Source: an uncultured Spirochaetota bacterium (GTDB lineage Bacteria > Spirochaetota > Spirochaetia > SZUA-6 > Fen-1364). Taken from it: a DNA stretch of 64,000 nt. Location of the stretch: the NCBI GenBank assembly GCA_963734545.1, contig CAVTHO010000006.1, forward strand, positions 160,001-224,000, given 5' to 3'. Made by a program: the position numbers and the translations under genes. The notes under the pieces were generated by a model that saw nothing but the letters and a program-made list of their open reading frames with translations, searched no databases and was not told the DNA's origin. Of the stretch, positions 31,260 to 41,176 are shown piece by piece; position 1 is the stretch's first letter; every line of letters starts with the position of its first letter.

Positions 31260-31958
31260 TCAGGAATGCAATTGGCCGCGCAGCTCGGCCTGCGCATCCG
31301 CCGCCGTCATCAACCGTGCCAGCTTCCGCCCGAAAATATCGTACACGGCCTTCAGAATGTCCGGCCAGATCGTGGTGATGCCATCCGTGATCGCCGTCAC
31401 GCGGTACTCTCTCGTGCTTGCCGCGTAGATGGTGGCTGCCACGCACAGATCCGCCAGCATGCCCGTCACCATCAGGTACCGGATATCCGCCGCGCGCAGC
31501 ACAAGGTCCAGCGGCGTGCCATAGAACTTGTCCAGCCCGGGAGCGCGAATCACCACTTCTCCCGGGAGGGGCCGCAGCTCTTCCACCGTGTCAGGGGATT
31601 CGGCGCCTTTGGTCCCCGGTATGCTGTTGCTCGACGGCATGCCCCACCCGGTCGGCTGTCCCGGTTTCGCGGCACAGGTGCTCGGGGCCAAAGGGGTCTT
31701 TGCGGAGATTGGGGATCTCCGGCATCGGACACGAACTCCGTGAATACGACGGGGACGCGCGCGCCGCGGCAGAACTCGACGAGTCCCTTGACGACGGGCA
31801 GAATCTCAGCCGGCGGTCGGCACGTACAGCGACGAGCGCGGGTCCATGAAGCTCCGCTGCATGTCGATGACCAGGAGCGCGGTGCGCCCGGCATCCATGC
31901 GGTGCGTTTCCTGGATGCGCGCCATTTTCAGGGCAACGAGCTCATCGTGAGTGTGCAT
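31260..31958 (-). CDS. Isochorismatase/cysteine hydrolase family; frameshifted
   Basis: TALLVIDMQRSF, DKFYGTPLDLVL, VTGMLADLCVAAT. Confidence 0.85.
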
Positions 31959-31975
31959 GGACACCGCCTCTCGCC

Positions 31976-32770
31976 TTACTCTACCGTTTTCAGCCAGCCG
32001 CCGTCCACGTAGTAGCTGGAGCCCACGCAATAGCTGGAACGGGGCGAGCAGAGGAACACGTAGAACCAGGCCAGCTCCTCCGGTGTCGCGAATCTGCCGA
32101 TGGGCGCATTGTCTTTCGCGATCTTCTCCAGGTACTGGTCCACCGTGGTTCCCGTGCCCTGTGTCAGGATTCCCGCGGTTTTTTTCCAGTCCGGCGTGAG
32201 AATGAGCCCGGGGTTGACCACGTTGACGCGGATATTGTCCTTGATCAGCTCGTTCGCGAGGCATTTCGACATCATCACGAGCGCAGCCTTTGTCGTGTTG
32301 TAGATGGGCTCGTACCCGAGAGGCTGCTTCGCGCAGATCGAGGCCGTGTTGAGGATGACGCCGCCGCCCCTCTTCCGCATGCCCGGGACCATGGCGCGGG
32401 AGAGGCGGATCGCCGCCATGACGTGGAGATCCCAGAAATGGTTCCACTTTTCATCCGGGGCTTCCATGATCGTTTCAGACGTCCCCGTGCCGGCGTTGTT
32501 GATGAGGATATCGACGCCATCGAAGAATTCCCCGATCCTGGCTGCCGCGGCATCGACGTCTTCTTTTCGTGAGACATCGGCGGAGATGCCGAGGCTCCTC
32601 GCGCCGAATGCTCTTGCGATCTCCGACGCCTCGCGTTCCACTCGGGCCCTGTCACGCGCAATGAGGACGGTGTCCACTCCTTCCGATGCGAGTGACCTGG
32701 CAACCGCAAGACCGATACCCACGCTGCCGCCCGTAATGACGGCTCGCTTTCCCTTCAGCTCGAGGTTCAT
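31976..32770 (-). CDS. sboA: SDR oxidoreductase closely resembling NADPH-dependent L-sorbose reductase
   Basis: TGGSVGIG, NNAGTG, ETIMEAPDEKW, NTASICAKQPLGYEPIYNTTK, NPGLILTPDW, YVDGGWLKT; recognised from memory of the Gluconobacter enzyme, not by search. Confidence 0.75.
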   Translation of the reverse strand: MNLELKGKRAVITGGSVGIGLAVARSLASEGVDTVLIARDRARVEREASEIARAFGARSLGISADVSRKEDVDAAAARIGEFFDGVDILINNAGTGTSETIMEAPDEKWNHFWDLHVMAAIRLSRAMVPGMRKRGGGVILNTASICAKQPLGYEPIYNTTKAALVMMSKCLANELIKDNIRVNVVNPGLILTPDWKKTAGILTQGTGTTVDQYLEKIAKDNAPIGRFATPEELAWFYVFLCSPRSSYCVGSSYYVDGGWLKTVE

Positions 32771-32854
32771 TGTTTTCCTCCTGGACAACGGTATTTCGCG
32801 TACACTCGTATGTCAATTAGCTAATGCTGTTTTAAAATATCGTTATAAAAGATA

Positions 32855-32887
32855 TTGACAATTCACCTTCTCAGATTATAATCTGAG
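32855..32887 (+). promoter_or_regulatory. Consensus sigma70 promoter for the ROK operon, with -10 at the centre of a perfect 18-bp palindrome
   Basis: TTGACA 32855-32860, 16 bp, TATAAT 32877-32882; CTCAGATTATAATCTGAG 32870-32887. Confidence 0.7.
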
Positions 32888-33020
32888 CCAGGATAAGGCG
32901 TGAATATAGCATGTGTTCTTGATAAAAAACAACGGAACGGGTATGAATGAAACAGCTACGCGTGAGGCCTGTAAAAGGGTGATCCTGGTCGGTCACTGAC
33001 ACCGGGCTGCGGCCGAGCCG

Positions 33021-34272
33021 ATGGGTGTGGCGGAGGTTGCCATCAAAGCGCACAAGCAGAACAATATACGAGGCGTGCTGGCCCTGATACGGAGCCACGA
33101 TACCTTTTCGGTGGCCGAAATATCTCATCAGATAAAGTTGAGCAAGACCACGGTGAAAAAGACAATCGACCTGCTCACCGCGATGAAGCTCGTCGTGTCG
33201 GCGGGCAAGGGCGAATCCACGGAAGAGGGCGGGAAGAAACCCGAGCTGTACCGCTTCAACCGCAATTTCGGATACGTGATCAGCCTCCATGTCACGCCGG
33301 ACGCCATCATCGCAATGACGGCCGATCTCTGCGCGAACATCACCCATTACCAGAAGACCGAGGTCACACGCGAGCGGGAGCTGGGCTCTGTCCTGGACCT
33401 GCTCGTCGAAATCATCAGGGGCTTCACGGCCATGAAGGCGGGCGGCAGCGAAAAGCTCATCGGCATAGTGATTGCGCTCCCTGGGCTGGCCGACTCCACG
33501 AAGGGCATATCGATCTACTCGCCCCATTACCCTTCGTGGGGAAGGGACGTGCCCTTCACGAGTCTTCTTCGCGAGAAGCTGGGAGCCGGGCTACGACGTT
33601 CCCGTCTTCATCGACTGCGTCAACCGCTACCAGGCCATCGCGGAGCGTGAAAAGGGCGTGGCGGCCGGGCGGACAAATTTCATCATTATCGACGCGCTGA
33701 ACGAGGGTCTGGGCTCGGGCATCGTCACCCACGGCGAGCTCATGCCCGGTTCACAGAGCCTGTCCGGGGAAATCGGGCACATGACGGTCAATCCGATAGA
33801 CGGTCCCCTCTGCATCTGCGGCAACCGGGGCTGTTTCGAGGCGATGGTATCCGCCAAGAGGCTCCGGGCCCTGATAGGGGAGGCGCGCGCCCGCGGCGTG
33901 ACATCCCTGCTCTTCTCGAACGGCATGTCCGACGATGTCCCGATCGATGCGGTCTGCGAGCTGGCGGACCGCGGTGACGCTTTCTGCACGGAGCTCATCG
34001 ACGATGTGGCGCGGTGGTTCATCATCGGTCTGGGGAACATCATCATGGTGAACGATCCGGAGCTCATCGTCATTCAGGGGCTGTATGTGAAAGCGGGCAT
34101 GAGCTTCCTGGGCAGGCTTCGGGAAGGCATCAAGCATATCGGTCTGCCGGACGTCGAAAAGAGGGTCAGCATCGAGTATTCGACTCTGGGCGAGGAACGC
34201 GGCGTGGTGGGCGGGGCGGCTTTTGCAATCGGAAATTTCTTTTCCAAGCGCCTTGTATTCAAGAATATCTAG
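33021..34272 (+). CDS. ROK-family (NagC/XylR) transcriptional regulator; frameshift near 33590
   Basis: N-terminal wHTH …GESTEEGGKKP; GLGSGIV, SGEIGHM, CICGNRGCFE. Confidence 0.9.
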
Positions 34273-34374
34273 CTCCTGGAAAAGCAGAGCGTCCTCGGCG
34301 CTCTGCTCATCGCCTGCGTCTTCCTGATTCGACCGGAGCAGGTCTCGATGATCAAGTAAAGGGGGTTCACGGAC

Positions 34375-35394
34375 ATGAGCACGGAAATGCTTTACCGCGA
34401 GCTGGGGAGCTCGGGGATCAAGGCGTCGGTTGTCGGTCTGGGAACGTTCGCCATCGGCGGATGGTTCTGGGGCGGCACGGATGAGAAGAAATCGATCCAG
34501 GCGATCCATGCAAGCCTGGATCAGGGCGTGAATCTCATCGACACAGCGCCCATCTACGGGTTTGGCACGGCGGAGGAGATCGTCGGCAAGGCCTTGAAGG
34601 GAAAGCGCGGCAAGGCCGTCATCGCCACGAAATGCGGGCTGCGGTGGGACACCGATAAAGGCGATTTCGACGGATATGCCGACGAGAAGTCCCCAAGCAA
34701 AACGCCTGCAAAGTACAAGATCCAAAGATACCTGGGAGCGGAGTCGATCAGGTACGAGGTCGAGCAGAGCCTGAGGCGGCTGGGGACCGACCATATCGAT
34801 CTCTATCAGACGCACTGGCAGGAATCCACCACGCCGATCGAAGTCACGATGGAAGCCCTGGTGAAGCTCCGGCAGGAAGGCAAGATCCGCGCCATCGGCG
34901 TTTCGAACGTCACCGTGGATCAGCTGAAACGCTACGGCGCCGTGGCCTCTGCGCAGGAGAAGTTCAGCCTGCTGGACAGGGGCATCGTGAAGAAAGGGCT
35001 CGTGGATTACTGCGTGCGCGCAGGAATCGCCATCCTGAGCTATTTCACCATGGAGCAGGGGCTCCTCACCGGCGCGATGTCTCCCGAGCGGAGCTTCCTT
35101 GACGGCGATACGCGGAAGACCAACCCGCTGTTCAGCCCCGAGAGCATCCGCCGCGTGAATGCGATCGTTGCCGAGCTGCGGCCGTTTGCCGACACGTATA
35201 AGGCTACCGTTGCCCAGGTGCTGATTGCCCTCACGGCTCAGCAGACCGGCATCACGCACGTGCTGGTGGGCGCGCGGGATGCGGCCCAGGCAAAGGAGAA
35301 TGCGGGCGGCGGTCATCTGCGGCTTGCGCCTGAAGACGTGCGCACGATGAACAGCATCGGGGACAGGCTGGCGGCGATACGGGATCAGAAATAG
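34375..35394 (+). CDS. Aldo/keto reductase
   Basis: GLGTFAIGG, IDTAPIYG, IATKCG, IDLYQTHW, IRAIGVSN. Confidence 0.93.
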   Translation: MSTEMLYRELGSSGIKASVVGLGTFAIGGWFWGGTDEKKSIQAIHASLDQGVNLIDTAPIYGFGTAEEIVGKALKGKRGKAVIATKCGLRWDTDKGDFDGYADEKSPSKTPAKYKIQRYLGAESIRYEVEQSLRRLGTDHIDLYQTHWQESTTPIEVTMEALVKLRQEGKIRAIGVSNVTVDQLKRYGAVASAQEKFSLLDRGIVKKGLVDYCVRAGIAILSYFTMEQGLLTGAMSPERSFLDGDTRKTNPLFSPESIRRVNAIVAELRPFADTYKATVAQVLIALTAQQTGITHVLVGARDAAQAKENAGGGHLRLAPEDVRTMNSIGDRLAAIRDQK

Positions 35395-35409
35395 CGCGGA
35401 GGAGAAAAC

Positions 35410-36447
35410 ATGGATATCACGCAGGGCGCGTGGGGCAGGACCCGGGAGGGAGACGAGATCACCCGTTACACCATGACGAGCAGGAGCCGGGTCACGGTCC
35501 AGCTCATCAGCTACGGCGCCACTCTCTCCTCCGTGCAGTTTCCCGACAGGCAGGGGCGCGTCGGGGAGGTGACACTCGGGTTCGATGCGCTGGAGGGCTA
35601 CCTCAACCCTCATCCCTATTTCGGCAGCACGATCGGCAGGGTGGCGAATCGAATCGGCAGGGGCAGGTTCAGCCTCGACGGCCGCGAATATCCGCTCTTC
35701 TGCAATGACGGGAGGAACCATCTCCACGGTGGAAAGAAGGGATTTGACAGGGCCGTCTGGTCATCCGCGTCGTTCCTTCGCGACGACAGGGCGGGGGTGA
35801 GCTTCTCCTACGCGAGCCCTGACGGGGAAGAGGGATATCCGGGCAACCTCGATGCCCGGGTCACCTATACGCTGGATGAGAGTGGAGTGCTGGAAGTCGT
35901 TTTCGAAGGCCGGACCGACAAGGCCACACCCGCCAATCTCTGCAACCATGCCTACTGGAACCTGAGAGGCGATGGAACGGGGGACATCAAGGACCACCGC
36001 CTGACTCTCTTCGCGGAGTCATACCTGCCCGTGGATGCAGAGCTCATCCCCACGGGGGAAATCCGCCCGGTAAAAGGCACCCCCCACGATTTCCGGCGGG
36101 AAAAGCCCATCGGCCAGGATCTGGAGAAAGCCGGCGGCGGCTATGACGAGTGCTTCGTGCTGGGCGGCCCGGTGAACGGACTGCGGCCCGTGGCCCGGGT
36201 GGTGGAGCCCACGACCGGAAGGGCAATGGAAATGTTCACCACGCAGCCCGGCGTGCAGCTCTACTCGGGGCACATGCTTGCGCCCATGACCGGCCGGGCC
36301 GGCAGGCGCTACGAGCCGTACGGCGCCTTTGCCCTGGAGACGGAAGGGTTCCCGGACGCGATCAACCAGGCGGGATTTCCCAGCGTGGTCCTCCGGCCGG
36401 GACAGAAATCGCTCGAGAAAATGCGGATTCGGTTTTTCACACAATGA
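35410..36447 (+). CDS. galM: Aldose 1-epimerase (mutarotase)
   Basis: GRVANRI, NHLHGG, DGEEGYPG, NHAYWNL, TTQPGVQLYSG, ALETE. Confidence 0.93.
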   Translation: MDITQGAWGRTREGDEITRYTMTSRSRVTVQLISYGATLSSVQFPDRQGRVGEVTLGFDALEGYLNPHPYFGSTIGRVANRIGRGRFSLDGREYPLFCNDGRNHLHGGKKGFDRAVWSSASFLRDDRAGVSFSYASPDGEEGYPGNLDARVTYTLDESGVLEVVFEGRTDKATPANLCNHAYWNLRGDGTGDIKDHRLTLFAESYLPVDAELIPTGEIRPVKGTPHDFRREKPIGQDLEKAGGGYDECFVLGGPVNGLRPVARVVEPTTGRAMEMFTTQPGVQLYSGHMLAPMTGRAGRRYEPYGAFALETEGFPDAINQAGFPSVVLRPGQKSLEKMRIRFFTQ

Positions 36448-36472
36448 CCCATGCCCACAGGAGGAACGCGCG

Positions 36473-36895
36473 ATGTACCAGACGATGAATCTTTCCCATG
36501 CGGAAGCGCAGGAGATGATTGCCGCAGTGCAGAAGAAGGTCGAAGCGGAGCACAAGGCCGCGGCCATTGCCGTGACGGATTCCCACGGTGAGCTGATTGC
36601 GTTTCTGCGCATGGACGGCTGCCACCTTCCGCCGCTCACCATTGCGATCAACAAGGCGTTCACGGCTGCGCGTGAGCGCAGGGAGTCCGGCGAAGTCGGC
36701 CAGGCTTCCCGCACCTACCCGTTTCCGATGACCAACTACGGTGACCTTCGCTATACCGGCTGGGCCGGTGGATTCCCAGTCCTGCACGAGGGAAAAGTGG
36801 TGGGTGCCATCGGCATCAGCGGGCTGGACGAGGAGCAGGAGGCCCGGTACGGCCGCATGGCGGTCGAGCTGGTGACGGGAAGATCGGGGCGGTGA
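36473..36895 (+). CDS. GlcG/HbpS-family heme-binding protein
   Basis: IAVTDSHGELIAFLRMDG, AINKAFTA, GGFPV…VGAIGISG. Confidence 0.88.
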   Translation: MYQTMNLSHAEAQEMIAAVQKKVEAEHKAAAIAVTDSHGELIAFLRMDGCHLPPLTIAINKAFTAARERRESGEVGQASRTYPFPMTNYGDLRYTGWAGGFPVLHEGKVVGAIGISGLDEEQEARYGRMAVELVTGRSGR

Positions 36896-36906
36896 GGAGA
36901 ACGACC

Positions 36907-37932
36907 ATGAAACAGGCAGTCATGACTTCGCCGGGGCAGATCGAGTTCAGGGACATCCCTGTTCCCGTGCCGGGCCCGACAGAGGTCCTTATCCGCATGA
37001 AAAGGATCGGAGTCTGCGGCTCCGACATCCACGTCTATCATGGAAAGCACGCGCTCACTCCCTACCCTGTCGTGCAGGGGCACGAGGTCTCCGGCATCGT
37101 GGAGAAAGCGGGCGGGAAGGTGCGCGGCATCGCGCCGGGAGACCTCGTCACGATCCAGCCCCAGGTGACATGCGGACAATGCTATCCCTGCACGCACGGG
37201 GCGTACCATATCTGCGACAACCTGAAGGTCATGGGCTTCCAGACGACCGGCGCGGGGTCCGAGCTCTTCGCGGTGGAGGCGAGCAAGGTGCTGAAGCTGC
37301 CTGCCCGCATGAACGCGGAGCACGGGGCAATGATCGAGCCGGTCGCCGTGGCGGTCCACGCGCTGGGCCGCGCGGGAGAGGTGAAAGGGAAGAATGTGCT
37401 CGTGCTCGGGGCAGGGCCCATCGGGAACCTCGTGGCCCAGGCGGCCAGGGGCATGGGCGCGGCAAAGGTCATGGTCACCGATGTGAGCGCGTTCCGGCTG
37501 GAAAAGGCGAGGGAATGCGGCGTGGACTTCTGCGTGGACACTTCAAGAGTCGACCTCGCCTCGGCCATACGGGAGCACTTCGGAGAATCGAAGGCCGACG
37601 TGATACTCGAATGCGTGGGCAGCCCGCAGACCATCCAGCAGGCAGTGGCGGTCGCGCGCAAGGGCACCGACATCATCGTCGTGGGTGTGTTCGGGGACAA
37701 GCCGACACTCGACATGGGGACCGTGCAGGACAGGGAGCTGCGCCTGATCGGCACCCTGATGTACCAGGAGCCGGATTGGAAGAAGGCGATCGAGCTCGTG
37801 GAAAAGGGCAGGATCAAGCTTCAGCCGCTCATCACCGACCATTTCGACTTTGCCGACTACAAGAAGGCGTACGAATACATAGACGCGCACCGCGAGCGCG
37901 CCATGAAGGTCATGATCGTTCTGGATAAATGA
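36907..37932 (+). CDS. Zn-dependent polyol dehydrogenase (sorbitol-dehydrogenase-like)
   Basis: GVCGSDIH, GHEVSG, CGQCYPC…C, IEPVAVAVH, GAGPIG. Confidence 0.9.
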   Translation: MKQAVMTSPGQIEFRDIPVPVPGPTEVLIRMKRIGVCGSDIHVYHGKHALTPYPVVQGHEVSGIVEKAGGKVRGIAPGDLVTIQPQVTCGQCYPCTHGAYHICDNLKVMGFQTTGAGSELFAVEASKVLKLPARMNAEHGAMIEPVAVAVHALGRAGEVKGKNVLVLGAGPIGNLVAQAARGMGAAKVMVTDVSAFRLEKARECGVDFCVDTSRVDLASAIREHFGESKADVILECVGSPQTIQQAVAVARKGTDIIVVGVFGDKPTLDMGTVQDRELRLIGTLMYQEPDWKKAIELVEKGRIKLQPLITDHFDFADYKKAYEYIDAHRERAMKVMIVLDK

Positions 37933-37964
37933 AGAACGCGATGCCGTGAGGCATCGCGTTTCTT
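37932..37964. terminator. Bidirectional intrinsic terminator
   Basis: AACGCGATGCC-GTGA-GGCATCGCGTT then TCTT, between convergent genes. Confidence 0.8.
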
Positions 37965-37984
37965 GACGCTCTTCCGCGGGGCCC

Positions 37985-38608
37985 TCAGTTTCCCAGGACC
38001 TCGTCCACGATGATGAGCTTCAGCCGTCCCGGCTGCGATTCCCTGTTCAGCAGGAGGATCTTGTTCGCGGAGGTTTTCCAGCTTTCAGGCAGCCCGTACG
38101 CCTTGCGCGCCCGCTCGCTTTCCTTGGTGATGAGGTACTCGTCGATCCTCTTCATTCCCTGTTCCACGTCGGGAACGATTTTCTGGGCCCCCACGACCAG
38201 GATCACGGTCCCCCCGCCATAGGTGTAGGCGGGAAGCTGGCTTCCCGTGTTCGAGGCGACGATCACCGTGCCCGTCTCGGTCACCGCGTGCGCGCTGCCG
38301 ACTGTGAAGTCCGGGCCCGCGCCGAGCTTCCGCATTTCCTTGCCGTTGGTCTGGGGATTCATTTTCGCGAAAGTGCCGCGGAGCGAGTTGAACCTGCCCG
38401 ATTCGTTCAGCTCTTTTGCCAATCCGATGGTATCGAGGGTAATGGAGGTCATCGTGAGCACCTCGGAGCCCTCCGGTATCATCGAGAGGACCATTTTCTT
38501 CGCCTCTTCCGCGTTTGCCGCGTACAGGGTCTCGATGCTGTTCTCGTTCAGCGCTTTGAGCGTCTTGTCGATCGCGCTCCTGCTCGCCGCCGCATTCCAT
38601 GCTTTCAT
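37985..38608 (-). CDS. LUD-domain protein (LutC/YkgG-like)
   Basis: GSAHAVTETG…ASNTGSQ…VVGAQKIV. Confidence 0.82.
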   Translation of the reverse strand: MKAWNAAASRSAIDKTLKALNENSIETLYAANAEEAKKMVLSMIPEGSEVLTMTSITLDTIGLAKELNESGRFNSLRGTFAKMNPQTNGKEMRKLGAGPDFTVGSAHAVTETGTVIVASNTGSQLPAYTYGGGTVILVVGAQKIVPDVEQGMKRIDEYLITKESERARKAYGLPESWKTSANKILLLNRESQPGRLKLIIVDEVLGN

Positions 38609-38637
38609 CTGGGATCTCCTTGAAAAATCTATTTTAC

Positions 38638-38701
38638 GTAACCAGGTTACTATAAGTAAGTTACTGAGAAAATTGCATATCGTCAAGTAAAAAGATATAT
38701 T
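38638..38701. promoter_or_regulatory. Divergent control region with HxlR-type operator candidate
   Basis: Perfect palindrome GTAACC-A-GGTTAC 38638-38650; TTGCAT (38673-38678), 17 bp, TATATT (38696-38701). Confidence 0.6.
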
Positions 38702-38707
38702 CACCAC

Positions 38708-39070
38708 ATGGAAAAGACGGGACGCGCGCTCCCCGCTCTCTGCCCTGTCGTGGAAAGGGCATTCGAAGTCCTGGGCAGGAAATGGGCAGGACTGATCGTG
38801 CGCGAGCTCTCGGCCGGGTCCCGGCACTTTTGCGAGCTGGAGAAGGGTATTCCCTCGGTGAGCGCGCGCATGCTGACGGAGCGCATCAAGGAGCTGGAAG
38901 CGGAAGGCATTGTCAGCCGAACCGTGCACACGGCCGCGCCGGTGCGCGTCACCTATGCTCTCACGGAGAAGGGCCGGGCCCTGATTCCCGTCATGCAGGG
39001 AATCGAGTCGTGGGCGCAGCGGTGGTCGAAGGTCCGAGGCGCTCAGGAGCCGGGCGGACCCGATTCCTGA
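38708..39070 (+). CDS. HxlR-family winged-helix regulator
   Basis: CPVVERAFEVLGRKW, MLTERIKELE, PVRVTYALTEKG. Confidence 0.92.
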   Translation: MEKTGRALPALCPVVERAFEVLGRKWAGLIVRELSAGSRHFCELEKGIPSVSARMLTERIKELEAEGIVSRTVHTAAPVRVTYALTEKGRALIPVMQGIESWAQRWSKVRGAQEPGGPDS

Positions 39071-39759
39071 TTCCATCTCGCCCGTGCGGCGTTCCAGAGC
39101 ACGTCCGCCGGTGGATCTGCAACAATCGTCAGCGGCTTTTTCTGCACCGGGTGGATGAATGAAACCTGCCGGGCATGCAGGTGGATGCCGCCCCCGGGAT
39201 TGGATCGGGGCGCCCCGTATTTCAGGTCTCCCTTGACGTGACACCCTATGGCATGCAGCTGCGCTCTTATCTGATGGTGCCGCCCGGTATGCAGCTCGAT
39301 GGCGAGCAGGTGATACCGCTCCAGGCTGAAAAGCAGCCGATAGGAAAGACTCGCCTCCCGCGCGTCGGCCCGGGGACCGGCAACCACGAACGATTTGTTT
39401 TTCACCGGGTCGCGCCTCAGCCAGTGCACGAGGGTGTCAGCGTCCCGGGGAGGCTTTTCCGCGACAATGGCCCAGTAGGTCTTCGCCACACCCCCCAGGC
39501 GGAATAGCTCGCTCAAACGCTGCAGCGCCTTCTCCGTGCGCGCGAACAGGACCACTCCGCTGGTCGGCCTGTCCAGCCTGTGGGGGATGCCGATGTACAC
39601 GTTTCCGGTCTTGCCGTATTTCAGTCGAATGTAGTCGCGCACCTGATCGGCGAGGGTGACGTCCCCTGTCTTGTCCCCCTGGACGATGTCGGAAGGCTTC
39701 TTGTTCACGGCGATGATATGGTTGTCCTCGTAGAGAACCTGGAGCAGGGGCGGGTCCAT
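39043..39759 (-). CDS. RluA-family RNA pseudouridine synthase
   Basis: VNKKP, HRLDRPTSG, TGRHHQIRAQ, GDLKYG, LHAR. Confidence 0.93.
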   Translation of the reverse strand: MDPPLLQVLYEDNHIIAVNKKPSDIVQGDKTGDVTLADQVRDYIRLKYGKTGNVYIGIPHRLDRPTSGVVLFARTEKALQRLSELFRLGGVAKTYWAIVAEKPPRDADTLVHWLRRDPVKNKSFVVAGPRADAREASLSYRLLFSLERYHLLAIELHTGRHHQIRAQLHAIGCHVKGDLKYGAPRSNPGGGIHLHARQVSFIHPVQKKPLTIVADPPADVLWNAARARWNQESGPPGS

Positions 39760-39828
39760 CGGGATTTCCTGGTGTCGGTATAGCCCGTTTTCGAGAAAAA
39801 GGTCAGTATCGCGGTCACGGGGGTCCAG

Positions 39829-40656
39829 ATGCTGACGTTGAAGAACGAGTCTCTGCGCGTGTCCGTGCTCGATCCTGTCGCCGACGGCGACCGTCTCGGC
39901 ACCCGGTACTGCACGGGCGGGTCCATATTTCAGATCGAGGATACTGCCCGGGGCATCCTGCTGTCGGGCCCCACGTTCCCTGATTCGTACAATCTATTCG
40001 ACGGACAGGGAGCACCGGACGCGTTCCAGCCCCACCTGGTGGTGGAGCAGGACCCTTCGGGAGTGCCCGCGCTGGTGCTCGGGATCGGCATCGGCCTCAT
40101 CGATCCGAAAGCCAACGAGACGCGGGATCGCTGCACGTGGGATATCGGCGGGGGAGCGGGCATGCTGATCTTCCGCGCCACGCAGAAGGCAGGGCCCTGG
40201 AGCTTCAAGCTGGAGCGCAGGCTCATCCTGAGCGGGCGCACGCTGCGAAGCGAGACCGCGCTCCTCAACACGGGCTCCCGGCACGTTCCCTTCCAGTGGT
40301 ATCCGCACCCGTTCTTTCCCCTGTTTCCGACGGGCGAGTGCTGCCGGGTGGGCATTCCCATCACCCTGCCGGATAATCCCGGCTACGAGCTTGCGGAGAA
40401 CGGATTTCTCAGGATGAAGAACCTGCCCTGGACGGGGAACGAGAACCATTTCCAGCTCCTGGGCCATCGGGGAGACAGGCCGGTCTCATTCCTGCAGAAG
40501 CATCCGGTCACCAGCCTGGTGAGCGTGAGCTGCGACTACGTTCCGACGCGTCTTCCCGTCTGGGGCAACCCGCGCACGTTTTCCTTCGAGCCCTACTACG
40601 AGAGGAACCTGATCGTGGAGGACGAGGCGCGCTGGTCGATCACGTTCGATTTCTGA
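39829..40656 (+). CDS. Hypothetical protein, possibly galactose-mutarotase-like fold
   Basis: Intact 275-aa ORF; WYPHPFFP and SFEPY motifs resemble aldose-epimerase-like proteins. Confidence 0.6.
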   Translation: MLTLKNESLRVSVLDPVADGDRLGTRYCTGGSIFQIEDTARGILLSGPTFPDSYNLFDGQGAPDAFQPHLVVEQDPSGVPALVLGIGIGLIDPKANETRDRCTWDIGGGAGMLIFRATQKAGPWSFKLERRLILSGRTLRSETALLNTGSRHVPFQWYPHPFFPLFPTGECCRVGIPITLPDNPGYELAENGFLRMKNLPWTGNENHFQLLGHRGDRPVSFLQKHPVTSLVSVSCDYVPTRLPVWGNPRTFSFEPYYERNLIVEDEARWSITFDF

Positions 40657-40665
40657 CAGCGGCCG

Positions 40666-41034
40666 TCAGTCACTCTTGACGAACTTCAACGACAGCGAGT
40701 TCACGCAGTGGCGCGTGTCCTTTTTCGTGAATCCTTCCCCGAGAAACACGTGGCCCAGGTGGGCGCCGCAGCTCACACAGGTGATCTCCGTGCGGGAGCC
40801 GTCCGCATCCGGCGTGCGCCGGACCGCGCCGGGGATCTCGTCATCGAAGCTGGGCCAGCCGCAGTGGGAATCGAACTTGTCCTCGGACTTGTACAGCGGC
40901 GCCTCGCAGCGCCGGCATATGTAGGTCCCATTGCCCTTCGAAGTGACGTACTCTCCGCTGTACGGCATCTCGGTTCCCTTGTGCACGATGATTCTTTCCT
41001 CTTCAGGGGTCAGGGGGTTGAGCTTTGCATTCAT
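40666..41034 (-). CDS. msrB: Methionine-R-sulfoxide reductase
   Basis: [41 protein letters not shown]. Confidence 0.95.
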   Translation of the reverse strand: MNAKLNPLTPEEERIIVHKGTEMPYSGEYVTSKGNGTYICRRCEAPLYKSEDKFDSHCGWPSFDDEIPGAVRRTPDADGSRTEITCVSCGAHLGHVFLGEGFTKKDTRHCVNSLSLKFVKSD

Positions 41035-41176
41035 GGCGAAAGAGAATTTCGATACCCCTGAAGGGCAAGTCAAGCGCCGCGGCAGCCGCATTCTGCTTCG
41101 GCGGGCGGTGGGAAGTCCGGCTGCGGACCGCAACTTCCGGGTGGCGCGCGCGCGCGCCCTCGTGTATCCTTTCTCC

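Noticed and set aside
5413-33600. Programmed frameshifting or mass pseudogenisation
   Set aside because: No consistent slippery sites, several shifts per gene, and intact motifs; sequencing indels are the simpler explanation
33751-35727. 658-aa minus-strand ORF and similar long antisense ORFs
   Set aside because: Shadow frames of well-supported plus-strand genes in high-GC DNA; no motifs
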